A stretch of 64,000 nt of DNA from a virus: the IMG/VR virus record IMGVR_UViG_3300002835_000024; one strand, 5' to 3'. The notes under the pieces are model-generated. The model was not told the DNA's origin. It ran no database searches and worked only from the letters and a program-made list of their open reading frames with translations. Made by a program: the position numbers and the translations under genes. Positions 10,039 to 20,053 of the stretch are shown one piece after another; positions within the stretch are counted from its first letter, which is position 1; every line of letters begins with the position of its first letter.

Positions 10039-10731
10039 ATGTACGGTACACGTAAAAAAAGTAAAGGTAAATCTTCTTGTGCAGAAGATACAAGAGAACT
10101 TCTTAAACTTGCTCTTGAAGAAAAACCAAACGCTTTCCGAGAAGTATTTGACGAAATCATGCTCGCCAAGATCGTAGATATCTCTGACGAGATGAAAGAC
10201 GAGATCGCCCAGTCAATGTTCGGCGAAAGCCATGATCAGGATCGGACTGATGAAGCTTTAAACCACTGGGATGAACATGTTGCACCAAAACTGCATAAAG
10301 GCGGAAACATAAATCCACAATTTACAAAAGCAGTTGACAGACACGTAAAATTATATGGACCTCATCAAGTTTGGAACCACCACGGTCATGATGGCTGGGA
10401 AAATTCAGGATATCCCGATTGGTTTGACGCCGAAAAAAAAGAATGCAAACCATTAAAACGAGCTTGGGTGCCAATTGATGAACAATTAGAACTACGTTGG
10501 GTGCCAATTGATGAAGAACGCGAGCATACGCTTAAAAAAGAATCTTTCGAACCAGAAGAAGATGAAGTCGATGAAGACGAGGATTTCGATATCTCCGACG
10601 AAGATCTTGAAGATCTAGATCTCGACGATGAAGATTTTGAAGATGAAGAAATTTCAGAAATGAAAAAACACGAAAACGAAAAGGGCGACGAAAAGCACCC
10701 AAGAAAATATTCTAAAAAAGGCAAATCCTAA
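10039..10731 (+). CDS. Prohead core protein, gp67-like, acidic
   Basis: Position between gp20 and gp21; helical N-terminus and very acidic C-terminus. Confidence 0.55.
   Translation: MYGTRKKSKGKSSCAEDTRELLKLALEEKPNAFREVFDEIMLAKIVDISDEMKDEIAQSMFGESHDQDRTDEALNHWDEHVAPKLHKGGNINPQFTKAVDRHVKLYGPHQVWNHHGHDGWENSGYPDWFDAEKKECKPLKRAWVPIDEQLELRWVPIDEEREHTLKKESFEPEEDEVDEDEDFDISDEDLEDLDLDDEDFEDEEISEMKKHENEKGDEKHPRKYSKKGKS
10464..10515 (+). repeat. 19-nt direct repeat TTGGGTGCCAATTGATGAA (WVPIDE twice), 33-nt period
   Basis: Identical copies at 10464-10482 and 10497-10515. Confidence 0.9.
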
Positions 10732-11786
10732 TGTCTAAGAACCTCAGACAACTCAGAGAAAAAGCTTCGGCCAAAGGCGGAAAGGTCAAATTAGAGCCTC
10801 TTCAGCCACCAAAAGACAATACTGTCGCAACACAGCATTTCTACAAAAAACATGTTGCTGTTCATCATCCTGATCCAGCTGGTAATGGAGATGATGTTTA
10901 TAAAGCATCAAACATTACTCCAGTAAAACGTTCTCCTGAGCATGGTTATGATCCTGGAAAAGACGAGGAAATTTATGAAAGTGCGTATAAAAGAATACAT
11001 ACTAAAAGACAAGAACGTCAACGTTTAATCAAAGGAAGAAAAGAACGCGCACGTTTAACCAAAGCTGTTAGAATCAATAATATTCAAGATATAATTGACG
11101 GCTTAGAAGACGATCATAGATCTTCGCGCAAAGCCTTTGGAAAAACCATGAGAGATAAATACAACAAATATCTCACTCAGAGTTTTGAGTATGATTACGT
11201 AACAGAATCTGCCCCTCCCGGAAAAGACGCCGAAAATTGGATTAGATCCAACAAATCTCGTTTTATCAAAGAATATGGCGAAGAAAAGGGTTTGAGAGTT
11301 TTATATGCAAGAGCTTGGAAATTATTTGGTGAGTCCCTTGTTTCTGAAGCTAAAAGACCATTATTGGCTTCCACTCAAGAACAACGAGCTGCTAGAATGG
11401 CTGCCAGAGCTGCTAAAGAAGCAGAAAAAGCAAAAACAAGAGAAATCCTTGCACAAGAAACAGACGCGATGAAAGTTATGGCAAATAAAAGTTTTGAAAG
11501 AGGAAAAGTTGTTCCATCAGACCCCGTTTCAGTAATAAACAGAACAACTCAACCTGGAGCTCCAAACTTATCATCAAGCGATACACTAAAGCGTTGGATG
11601 GGTTATTGGAAAAACCATTTTGGAATGGAAAATCCAAGGGTTCATAAAAATCATTTTGAATACGCAATCACAAGCCTCTACAACACTCTAAACGAAGAGA
11701 ACAGAGAAGTTATGTTAAAACTGATGGAAAGCGAAGAAGGCGTTGTAAGTCTTGTTGAATTCGCAATTGAAAAGGGAATCGACTAA
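10731..11786 (+). CDS. Prohead core / internal head protein (gp68 position)
   Basis: Synteny; charged modular sequence with possible gp21 cleavage sites (IYE, VTE, VSE). Confidence 0.5.
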   Translation: MSKNLRQLREKASAKGGKVKLEPLQPPKDNTVATQHFYKKHVAVHHPDPAGNGDDVYKASNITPVKRSPEHGYDPGKDEEIYESAYKRIHTKRQERQRLIKGRKERARLTKAVRINNIQDIIDGLEDDHRSSRKAFGKTMRDKYNKYLTQSFEYDYVTESAPPGKDAENWIRSNKSRFIKEYGEEKGLRVLYARAWKLFGESLVSEAKRPLLASTQEQRAARMAARAAKEAEKAKTREILAQETDAMKVMANKSFERGKVVPSDPVSVINRTTQPGAPNLSSSDTLKRWMGYWKNHFGMENPRVHKNHFEYAITSLYNTLNEENREVMLKLMESEEGVVSLVEFAIEKGID

Positions 11787-12196
11787 TGCCATATAGGATT
11801 ATGAATAATAAGAAAAATGGTTCTGTGGCAATTCACATGAATGCAAATTCTGGCAATATTGTTATTGCTGGAAATAACTCTGTTTCAAACATCGCTCTTC
11901 CCGGAGAAAACATCGTAACAGCTGTCATCAACCAGCTTTGGGCTGGTTCGCCATCTGGAGCAAACTCATATTGGGAAATCAAGCGCGGAGCCAATGTGGT
12001 TCTTGTTGTTGATTCTTCTTGCTGGCTAGATTTTTCTGGTAATGGAAGACAGCTTACCCTAGATGGTTCTGCAGATCTAACTGCAAATCTCATTGGTTCT
12101 ACAGCAGGAACTCTAATATTAGATTTGCAAAAGCTAGGAACAGGTGGAGCTCCCCCACTTGGTGCTAATAGCGATTATGTAGTACCAGGACAATAA
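11786..12196 (+). CDS. Hypothetical virion-associated protein
   Basis: ORF translationally coupled within the head operon. Confidence 0.6.
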   Translation: MPYRIMNNKKNGSVAIHMNANSGNIVIAGNNSVSNIALPGENIVTAVINQLWAGSPSGANSYWEIKRGANVVLVVDSSCWLDFSGNGRQLTLDGSADLTANLIGSTAGTLILDLQKLGTGGAPPLGANSDYVVPGQ

Positions 12197-12207
12197 GGAG
12201 GATCTAA

Positions 12208-12867
12208 ATGAAACTTATTTCTGAGCAAATTGAAGACGTAAAGATTATCACAGAAGCTGCCGAAAACGGTAAAAAGAACTTCTATATCGAAGGTATCTTT
12301 ATGATGGGCGAGGTTCAAAATCGTAACGGAAGATTTTATCCCGCCGCAGTGTTAGAATCAGCTGTTGACAAATATACAAAATCTCACATTACAGAAAAGA
12401 GAGCATTCGGAGAACTCGGTCATCCAGATGGTCCATCAATCAATCTTGATAGAGTTTCTCATCTGATCGAAAAACTTGAAAGAGACGGAAACAATTATAT
12501 CGGAAGAGCAAAAATTCTCTCAACGCCTATGGGTAACATTGCTTGTGGTATCATGGAAGCTGGTGGTAAACTCGGCGTTTCGACTCGTGGTCTCGGCACA
12601 CTCGAAGAAACAAACAAAGGATACAAACTGGTCAAAGATGACTTTTTCCTTTCAACAGCTGCTGATATTGTAGCTGATCCTTCTGCTCCTGATGCCTTTG
12701 TTAACGGCATTATGGAAGGTGTAGATTGGCTTTGGGAAAATAATCTTCTTGTTGCGCGCAAAGCTGAGAGACAAATCGAACAAGCTGTAACATCAAGAGA
12801 ACTGGACGATGACAAAAAACTTGAGATTTTTGAAAGATTTCTTAATGGTGTTGCAAAAAGAATATAA
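12208..12867 (+). CDS. gp21: Prohead protease gp21
   Basis: NRNGRFYP, GELGHP, GVSTRGLG, DIVADPSAPDAFV. Confidence 0.96.
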   Translation: MKLISEQIEDVKIITEAAENGKKNFYIEGIFMMGEVQNRNGRFYPAAVLESAVDKYTKSHITEKRAFGELGHPDGPSINLDRVSHLIEKLERDGNNYIGRAKILSTPMGNIACGIMEAGGKLGVSTRGLGTLEETNKGYKLVKDDFFLSTAADIVADPSAPDAFVNGIMEGVDWLWENNLLVARKAERQIEQAVTSRELDDDKKLEIFERFLNGVAKRI

Positions 12868-12879
12868 AACACAAAAAAT

Positions 12880-12887
12880 TATAAATA
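12880..12887 (+). promoter_or_regulatory. Late promoter TATAAATA
   Basis: Exact consensus upstream of gp22. Confidence 0.8.
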
Positions 12888-12915
12888 CAATATAGCTCAA
12901 ACGGAGTTTAAAATA

Positions 12916-13884
12916 ATGACTAAGAAAAGGTTAAACGAAGAAGAATCAGTAGCAGCTGCTACTCTCAAACCCAATCCTTCTCGTCCAGAAATGCTCTCAA
13001 CTCTTACGCAGATGTTAGCACAACTCGGACAAGAAGATCTCTCTCATTTCTTCAATGATGCAATGGCACAAATTGGCCATGAAGCAGATAACATTCCTCC
13101 TGGTGCCGCAGCCAAAAATGCAGCATCTATCATGGCAAAAACTGGTGGGGCCATGGCCACAAAAGAAGATATCGCTCAGATCTTTGGCAATGACAAAACA
13201 TTAACCGAAGAATTCACTGAAAGAGCTACAGACGTTTTCAATGCTCTAGTGGAAGCCAAAACTATCACAATTCGTGCTGAGCTTGAAGAACAGTATGAAC
13301 AAAAACTAGCAGAAGAAGCAGAAGAAACTGTTTCTCAGATTACAGAAGTTCTAGACCAATATCTTAATTATGTTGCTTCTGAGTGGGTCAAAGAAAATAA
13401 ACTTGAACTAGAATCATCACTCAAGAATGAAATCGCAGAATCTCTGATGCAGGGAATTTATAATGTTTTCGTTGAAAACAACTTAAACGTTCCTGAATCG
13501 AAGGTTGATGTGGTTGAAGCTCTGGTGAACAGAGTTGAAACTCTAGAATCAACTCTTGAAGAAGAAACCAAAGCTAATATTGAACTTAACAATCAACTCC
13601 AGGAAAAAGTCAAAAATGAAATTTTTGCTGAAGTTGCTGAAGGAATGACATCAACGGCTGCTGAAAAACTCAAAATGGTTGCAGAAAGTGTTGATTTCGT
13701 AGATGAGAATACTTTCCGGAAAAAACTCAATATCCTGAAAGAGTCTAACTTTGAAAAAAAGACATCAACAAAACCACAAGCACTTGTTGAAGAACAACTA
13801 CTGAATGATGAAGAAGAACAAGTTGAAAATCCAATTATGAACCGCTATGTTCAAGCAATTAGCAAAACACTCGTAAAAGATTAA
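12916..13884 (+). CDS. gp22: Prohead scaffolding protein gp22
   Basis: Acidic coiled coil, YLNYV-EW-EN, C-terminal MNRY; between gp21 and gp23. Confidence 0.92.
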   Translation: MTKKRLNEEESVAAATLKPNPSRPEMLSTLTQMLAQLGQEDLSHFFNDAMAQIGHEADNIPPGAAAKNAASIMAKTGGAMATKEDIAQIFGNDKTLTEEFTERATDVFNALVEAKTITIRAELEEQYEQKLAEEAEETVSQITEVLDQYLNYVASEWVKENKLELESSLKNEIAESLMQGIYNVFVENNLNVPESKVDVVEALVNRVETLESTLEEETKANIELNNQLQEKVKNEIFAEVAEGMTSTAAEKLKMVAESVDFVDENTFRKKLNILKESNFEKKTSTKPQALVEEQLLNDEEEQVENPIMNRYVQAISKTLVKD

Positions 13885-13888
13885 GTTA

Positions 13889-13896
13889 TATAAATA
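13889..13896 (+). promoter_or_regulatory. Late promoter TATAAATA
   Basis: Exact consensus upstream of gp23. Confidence 0.85.
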
Positions 13897-13926
13897 ATCA
13901 AGATTCCACTAAGGAGTAAATGAAAA

Positions 13927-15273
13927 ATGTCTAAACAGGAACTATACAAGAAGTGGCAGGCGGTTCTAGAGCACAAGGAGCTCTCAGAGATCAGCGGCCA
14001 AAAGAAGTTCGTCACAGCCCACGCTCTCGAGAATACTGAAAGAGCTCTCAGAGAGTCGGGTCAATTTGGTGGCCAGCAACTCCTTGGAGAAGCCACCCCA
14101 ACAAACGCAACAGGCTCCAGCATCGACAACTTCGACCCAGTTCTAATCTCACTGGTTCGTCGTTCTATGCCAAACCTCATCGCTTATGACGTTTGCGGCG
14201 TTCAGCCAATGACAGGACCAACTGGTCTTATCTTTGCAATGCGCAGCCGTTATGCCAACCAGGAAGGCACAGAAGCTTTCTATAACGAACCAGATGCTTC
14301 GTTCGCCTCACGTGGTGGAGCCAACGCAGCAGTTGCCGCAGTTGGTGCTTCTGCCGCGACAGACTTCGGCGCTAACACTGTTGGCACTTTCCCTGGCGCT
14401 TCTAACAACGCAGGTAACTCTACCTACAACACAACAATGGGTCTGATCCTCGGCACAGCTGAAGGTCTCGGATCTAACTCAACTGCCGTCTTCCCAGAGA
14501 TGGCATTCAGCATCGAGAAAGTGACGGTCTCCGCTAAGACACGTGCTCTCAAAGCTGAATACTCGCTCGAACTCGCCCAGGACCTCAAGGCAATTCACGG
14601 TCTTGATGCCGAGCAGGAACTCTCAAACATCCTCTCTTCCGAGATTCTTGCCGAAATCAACCGCGAAGTTATTCGCTCCATTATCATCACTGCTAAGCAG
14701 GGTGCAACTGAAGGGACAACAACTTCTGGTATCTTCGACCTCGACACCGACTCTAATGGTCGCTGGATGGTTGAGAAGTTTAAGGGCCTTATGTTCCAAA
14801 TCGAACGTGAAGCTAACAAGATCGCCAAAGACACACGTAGGGGTAAAGGCAACATGGTGCTCTGCTCCTCTGATGTTGCTTCCGCTCTTGCCTCTGCTGG
14901 CATCCTAGACTACACACCTGCACTAGCTGGTAACAACCTCCAGGTTGATGACACTGGTTATACTTTCGCTGGTGTTCTCAATGGTCGCACAAAGGTCTTC
15001 ATTGATCCATATGCTGGTGCTAACTTCATGGTTGCTGGTTTCAAAGGTGCTAACGCCTTTGACGCTGGTCTCTTCTATTGCCCATACGTCCCACTCCAGA
15101 TGGTCCGTGCAAACGACCCAAGCACCTTCCAGCCCAAGATCGGCTTTAAGACACGCTACGGCATGGCACCAAACCCCTTCGCTAAGGGAACAACAGCTGC
15201 TAACGCAACTGCTGCGCTCGAGCAGGACTCTAACGTTTACTATCGTCGGGTCATCGTCAATAACCTGATGTAA
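13927..15273 (+). CDS. gp23: Major capsid protein gp23
   Basis: GVQPMTGPTGLIFAMR, ELAQDLKAIHGLDAE, FQPKIGFKTRYG. Confidence 0.98.
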   Translation: MSKQELYKKWQAVLEHKELSEISGQKKFVTAHALENTERALRESGQFGGQQLLGEATPTNATGSSIDNFDPVLISLVRRSMPNLIAYDVCGVQPMTGPTGLIFAMRSRYANQEGTEAFYNEPDASFASRGGANAAVAAVGASAATDFGANTVGTFPGASNNAGNSTYNTTMGLILGTAEGLGSNSTAVFPEMAFSIEKVTVSAKTRALKAEYSLELAQDLKAIHGLDAEQELSNILSSEILAEINREVIRSIIITAKQGATEGTTTSGIFDLDTDSNGRWMVEKFKGLMFQIEREANKIAKDTRRGKGNMVLCSSDVASALASAGILDYTPALAGNNLQVDDTGYTFAGVLNGRTKVFIDPYAGANFMVAGFKGANAFDAGLFYCPYVPLQMVRANDPSTFQPKIGFKTRYGMAPNPFAKGTTAANATAALEQDSNVYYRRVIVNNLM

Positions 15274-15297
15274 AATATATACTTTCTATTTGTATAA

Positions 15298-15327
15298 ATA
15301 ATGGCGAGGCTTCGGTCTCGCCATTAT
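15298..15327 (+). terminator. Stable cUUCGg hairpin after gp23
   Basis: ATAATGGCGAGGC-TTCG-GTCTCGCCATTAT. Confidence 0.75.
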
Positions 15328-15370
15328 CATTTTAGAGAATAAAAACGCCTAAATATTATTGACATTTCAC

Positions 15371-15398
15371 TTGACTAAATTTAACACGCTAGTATAAT
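15371..15398 (+). promoter_or_regulatory. Sigma70-like promoter TTGACT-N16-TATAAT
   Basis: Consensus match in intergenic space. Confidence 0.55.
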
Positions 15399-15431
15399 CA
15401 GTAATGTCTGTTTCTATAGATTGGATCAATT

Positions 15432-15932
15432 ATGGCTGATATTGCTAATCCAAATTTTCTTAGTCAATTTGGTTATAAGGCGATAATTTCTAGAATTCCT
15501 CATCTAGAATATTTTCAACAATCATTAGAAATTCCTGGTCTTAATCTTGGCACTGCTAGTATTCCAACCCCATTTACCAGAATTCCTTTTCCTGGAAATA
15601 TTACATACCAGCCTTTAACATTAAGATTTAAAGTTGATGAAAATTTAGAAAATTGGAAAGCTTTATTTGATTGGATGCTAGCTTTGGGTAACGCAAAAGA
15701 TTTCCAAGGCTATAGAAATCTTGCAAATGTTGAAAATGGTTCTAAATTTACCTTGACTTCTGATATTACTATTAGTATACTTAAAAGTAGTATGAACCCA
15801 AACAAGAAATTTGTCTTTAAAGACGCTTTTCCAGTCAATGTCGGCGATTTGTCTTTTAATACAATAGATACCGACATAAATTATATTGAGTCCTCAGTTA
15901 CTTTCCAATACACATATTATGAATTAGGATAA
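15432..15932 (+). CDS. gp3: Tail completion/tube terminator gp3
   Basis: NPNFLS, IPG-LG, F-VDENLENW, FKDAFP, F-YTYY. Confidence 0.88.
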   Translation: MADIANPNFLSQFGYKAIISRIPHLEYFQQSLEIPGLNLGTASIPTPFTRIPFPGNITYQPLTLRFKVDENLENWKALFDWMLALGNAKDFQGYRNLANVENGSKFTLTSDITISILKSSMNPNKKFVFKDAFPVNVGDLSFNTIDTDINYIESSVTFQYTYYELG

Positions 15933-15936
15933 TAAC

Positions 15937-16101
15937 ATGTCACTTAAATTGCTTTGGTTACTTTTGTTCCTGTTTTTTGCAGGAGTTTATATCATGCTCC
16001 CAGCACAGTTTTCTTTTGTATTGTTTATTTTTCTTGCTTTAATTTCTGCATTTGGTATAGTTTTGTTTTATGCGATATATAAAGCTCTTAGGAATTTATA
16101 A
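15937..16101 (+). CDS. Small two-TM membrane protein (54 aa; not in ORF track)
   Basis: AGGA RBS, MSLKLLWLLLFLFF...; stop overlaps the uvsY start. Confidence 0.55.
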   Translation: MSLKLLWLLLFLFFAGVYIMLPAQFSFVLFIFLALISAFGIVLFYAIYKALRNL

Positions 16102-16538
16102 TGAAACTTGAAGAAATTACTTCGTTATGGGAACAAGATAGCAAAATTGATAAAACTGAGTTGGCTGAGGAATCTTTGAAAATTCCTCAGCTTCATCACA
16201 AGTATTATAAAATCTATTCCAACGAAAAACTTATATTAAGAAAACTCAACACAGAATATAAACAGCTTCGACTTGAGAAATATGAGTTTTACACACAAGG
16301 ACCTAATGAAGAAACAGATAATAAGGGTTGGAAACTTCCTGCCAGCGGTAGAATTTTAAAGGCAGATGTTCTTCAATATATTGAAGCTGATACAGATCTT
16401 ATCAATCTTTCTCTTAAGATTGGTATACAAGAGGAAAAAATAGAATTCTTAGAATCAATAATCAAAACTCTAAACAACAGAGGGTACAATATACATACTG
16501 CTCTTGAGTTTATTAAATTTATGAATGGACTTTCATGA
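16101..16538 (+). CDS. uvsY: Recombination mediator UvsY
   Basis: W-DSKID, IPQLH-KY, RGYNI; upstream of UvsW. Confidence 0.9.
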   Translation: MKLEEITSLWEQDSKIDKTELAEESLKIPQLHHKYYKIYSNEKLILRKLNTEYKQLRLEKYEFYTQGPNEETDNKGWKLPASGRILKADVLQYIEADTDLINLSLKIGIQEEKIEFLESIIKTLNNRGYNIHTALEFIKFMNGLS

Positions 16539-18004
16539 GCTCAGAATCGGTGCATCTAGAATATGTGGATAACGTTTACTCTCGTTTAGTTTGCGAACCT
16601 GGAATTTTGAGAGAAGTTTCAGATCACTTTACGTATTTTGCGCCGAATTATAAGTTCCACCCAAAATTTCGTTCTAGAGTTTGGGATGGCAAAATAAGAC
16701 TGGTTAATCTACAATCTGGATTAGTATATGCTGGTCTAGCGAAAAGAATCAAGAAGTTTTGTGATTCTAGAAATTATCAATTCACTTTTGATCGCGAGTT
16801 GGTTTATGATAATGTCTCTGAGCACGAAATACTTTCTCACATAAACAAATTAAAAATACCAGAAAAGTTTGACAAGAGAGATTATCAGATTGAATCTGTT
16901 ATCAAATGTATAAGAACAGGCAGAAGAACTCTGCTTTCTCCGACATCATCAGGTAAATCTCTCATCATATATTTTATTGCAACTTGGTATAGCAAACACA
17001 AAAAACTTATTATCGTTCCCACCATCCAGCTTGTCAATCAAATGGAGGGTGATTTTAGAGATTATGGATTTAAAGGAAAAATACACAAATCAACTGATGG
17101 TCTGTCCAGAGAAAACAATATAGACGCTGATGTTGTGATAACTACGTGGCAATCTTTGAATAATGGGAAAACAAAGATGAAGCCACAGTGGTACAAACAA
17201 TTTGGTGTTGTGTTCGGGGACGAAGCTCACGGAGCCAAAGCTACTTCTATGATAGAAATTATGTGCAATTTAAAAGATTGCAAATATAGATTCGGAACAA
17301 CTGGAACTCTAGATGATCAGCCTCTTAATCAAGCGACCATTGAAGGATTGTTTGGACCACAATATAGTTCTATTTCAACTAAAGAAATGATAGAAAGAGG
17401 ATTTGCTTCAAAACTAAAAATCAAATGTATAGTTCTAAGATATCAAAAACACGAAACACAAATTGTTAAAGATATGGATTATAATTCAGAAGTGGATTTT
17501 CTTGTTAACCACAACAAAAGAAATGAATTCATAAAAAACTTGACTCTTTCATTGAAAGGTAATAGACTAGTATTCTTTAGGCTGAGAGATCACGGAGAAA
17601 GAATATATTCCGAGCTACAAGATTCTGAAGTTTCGAATGTTTTTCATATTGATGGAACAGTTGATGTAGAATCAAGAGAAGATATAAGAAAAACAATGGA
17701 AACAACCAATGATGCTATTCTTGTTGCTTCATTAGGAACTACTTCTACAGGAACAAATATCAAAAGACTTCATCATATGATTGCGGCAAGCCCAAGCAAA
17801 TCTAAAATTAAAGTGCTGCAGTCTATTGGACGTATGTTAAGATTGCATGAAGAAAAAGAACAGAAAGGTGCGATTCTTTATGATATTGTTGATGATCTAA
17901 GTCACGGAAAGAAACAAAATTTTACTCTTAAACATTTCATAGAAAGATGTAAAATATATGACCAAGAACAATTTGAATATAAAATTTACAATGTTGCATT
18001 ATAA
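16535..18004 (+). CDS. uvsW: RNA-DNA/DNA helicase UvsW
   Basis: WDGKIRL, SPTSSGKS, DEAH, LQSIGR-LR. Confidence 0.95.
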   Translation: MSSESVHLEYVDNVYSRLVCEPGILREVSDHFTYFAPNYKFHPKFRSRVWDGKIRLVNLQSGLVYAGLAKRIKKFCDSRNYQFTFDRELVYDNVSEHEILSHINKLKIPEKFDKRDYQIESVIKCIRTGRRTLLSPTSSGKSLIIYFIATWYSKHKKLIIVPTIQLVNQMEGDFRDYGFKGKIHKSTDGLSRENNIDADVVITTWQSLNNGKTKMKPQWYKQFGVVFGDEAHGAKATSMIEIMCNLKDCKYRFGTTGTLDDQPLNQATIEGLFGPQYSSISTKEMIERGFASKLKIKCIVLRYQKHETQIVKDMDYNSEVDFLVNHNKRNEFIKNLTLSLKGNRLVFFRLRDHGERIYSELQDSEVSNVFHIDGTVDVESREDIRKTMETTNDAILVASLGTTSTGTNIKRLHHMIAASPSKSKIKVLQSIGRMLRLHEEKEQKGAILYDIVDDLSHGKKQNFTLKHFIERCKIYDQEQFEYKIYNVAL

Positions 18005-18405
18005 TGATTGACGAATACAGAATATTTTTCGTTGATGGTATGAAGATAATGGGCCAAATATCAGAGGTCACAACTACTGTTGTTGTGGTGAAAAACCCAA
18101 TAGAAATACAGTATGAAGAAACAGAATACGGTCAAATTATCGTTGTTAGCGACCCTATCAAAGAATCCAAATCTGTTACTATTAACATACCAAAATCTAA
18201 TATATCTTTGACTTGTGATGTTTCAGAAGAAATGGTCATGTATTATCAAAATATAGTAAAGAAGTTTTTAGAACAAAGAAGCAAAACAAAAAGTTACTTA
18301 AATTCCCTGACCAATTTAATGGTCGAGCAGCATATATTAGACAATGTTATTGAGCAGCTTTCAATGGGAAAGGTAATACAGGTGACGCCCAATAATTTAA
18401 ATTAA
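18004..18405 (+). CDS. Hypothetical protein between uvsW and gp55
   Basis: Coupled ORF in a conserved T4-like position. Confidence 0.6.
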   Translation: MIDEYRIFFVDGMKIMGQISEVTTTVVVVKNPIEIQYEETEYGQIIVVSDPIKESKSVTINIPKSNISLTCDVSEEMVMYYQNIVKKFLEQRSKTKSYLNSLTNLMVEQHILDNVIEQLSMGKVIQVTPNNLN

Positions 18406-18414
18406 GAGAATACA

Positions 18415-18969
18415 ATGAAAAAGAAGTCAGGAATACATTACGTAGACAATAAAAAGTTATACGCTGAAATGGTAAAGTTTATCGCAGCATATAGAGAATC
18501 AGTAGCAAACGATACTCCAAAACCAAAGGTGCCAGAATACATTGGAGAAGCCATCATTAAGATAGCTACCAGATTAGCGAACAGACCTAATTTTATCGGA
18601 TACACTTACAAAGAAGAAATGATTGGCGATGGTATTGAAAATGTCCTCGCATACATTCACAATTTTAATCCGGATAAACACAACAATCCGTTTGCTTATT
18701 TTACTATGATCATAAGCAATGCTTTTCTTAGAAGATTGGAAAAGGAAAAGAAACAAACTTATATTAAGCACAAAATGCTGGAAAGAAACTATCTAAATAA
18801 TACGCTAACAGATAATTCAGAAGACGATCCGCACGTTTCGATTGACATCAACACAGATGGAAGACTTGATAATCTTATTAATAGATTTGAGAAGAAACCA
18901 AACAAAAAGAAAAAAGTAAAAGGCCTGGAAAAATTCTTAGACGAAGATGTGACGGATAAAGTCGTTTAA
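18415..18969 (+). CDS. gp55: Late transcription sigma factor gp55
   Basis: HYVDNK, PNF-YTYKEEMIGDG, NPFAYFT. Confidence 0.95.
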   Translation: MKKKSGIHYVDNKKLYAEMVKFIAAYRESVANDTPKPKVPEYIGEAIIKIATRLANRPNFIGYTYKEEMIGDGIENVLAYIHNFNPDKHNNPFAYFTMIISNAFLRRLEKEKKQTYIKHKMLERNYLNNTLTDNSEDDPHVSIDINTDGRLDNLINRFEKKPNKKKKVKGLEKFLDEDVTDKVV

Positions 18970-18986
18970 GCTGAGAGAGAAATAAT

Positions 18987-20045
18987 ATGACAAAAATCGC
19001 TTTAATTTGTGATACTCACTGGGGCGCGCGAGGCGACAGCCAGATATTCGCTGAGTTCTTCAATAAATTTTATTATGACTTTTTCTTTCCATATTTGGCC
19101 AAGAACAACATAAACAGGATTTTCCATCTTGGTGATATCGTTGATAGAAGAAAGTATATCAACTATATGACTGCCAGACATTTAAGAAAGTTCTTCGAGA
19201 AGTGCACAGAGAACAATATATTCGTTGATGCTATTGTCGGAAATCATGATACGACATTTAAGAACATCAATGAGGTTAACTCGATGCGAGAGCTTTTTTC
19301 AAACTCAAATCTCAATATAAGATTTTATGATGAGGCTACTGAAGTTGACGTGGATGGCGTGAGCATAGCCATGCTTCCTTGGATATGTTCCGGTAATTAT
19401 CATGACAGTATGCAATTCATTAAAAACACCAAAGCCCAGATACTTTTCGGACATTTAGAAATTGCTGGGTTCGAAATGTATAAAGGATCTTATACTGAAG
19501 AAGGTATGTCAGAAGAAACCTTCAATAAATTCGATGTTGTTTGTTCTGGTCACTTTCACCACAAATCAACCAGAGGCAATATCAACTATCTGGGAGCTCC
19601 ATATGAAATGACTTGGTCAGATTATGACGATGACAGGGGCTTTCACATATTTGATACTGAGACAAGAGAACTGACGTTTGTCAAAAATCCATTCACCATA
19701 TTTGAAAAGGTCTATTATAGAGATGATCAGTGGAAGATCGAAGATCTGAACAAGATTGATTATTCTAAATTTACTGGCAAATATGTAAAACTGATTATAG
19801 AAAACAAAACCAATCCGTATTTCTTTAATATGTTCATTGAACGTTTAGAAAAAGCTGGTCCAGCAAATCTTCAAATCATGGAAGATTATTTCTCTATAAG
19901 CCAAGAAGAAGAATCAGTGAACGAATCAGAAGACACTCTTTCTATATTAAGAAAAGTAACTGATCAACTGGACGTACAAGTAGATAAGAAAAAGCTTGAC
20001 AAATTTCTAGAAGAGTTGTATAATGAAGCCTTGTCGGTGGAGTAA
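18987..20045 (+). CDS. gp47: Recombination endonuclease subunit gp47 (Mre11-like)
   Basis: DTHWG, GD-DRRK, GNHD, SGHFH. Confidence 0.95.
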   Translation: MTKIALICDTHWGARGDSQIFAEFFNKFYYDFFFPYLAKNNINRIFHLGDIVDRRKYINYMTARHLRKFFEKCTENNIFVDAIVGNHDTTFKNINEVNSMRELFSNSNLNIRFYDEATEVDVDGVSIAMLPWICSGNYHDSMQFIKNTKAQILFGHLEIAGFEMYKGSYTEEGMSEETFNKFDVVCSGHFHHKSTRGNINYLGAPYEMTWSDYDDDRGFHIFDTETRELTFVKNPFTIFEKVYYRDDQWKIEDLNKIDYSKFTGKYVKLIIENKTNPYFFNMFIERLEKAGPANLQIMEDYFSISQEEESVNESEDTLSILRKVTDQLDVQVDKKKLDKFLEELYNEALSVE

Positions 20046-20053
20046 TTCTCAGA

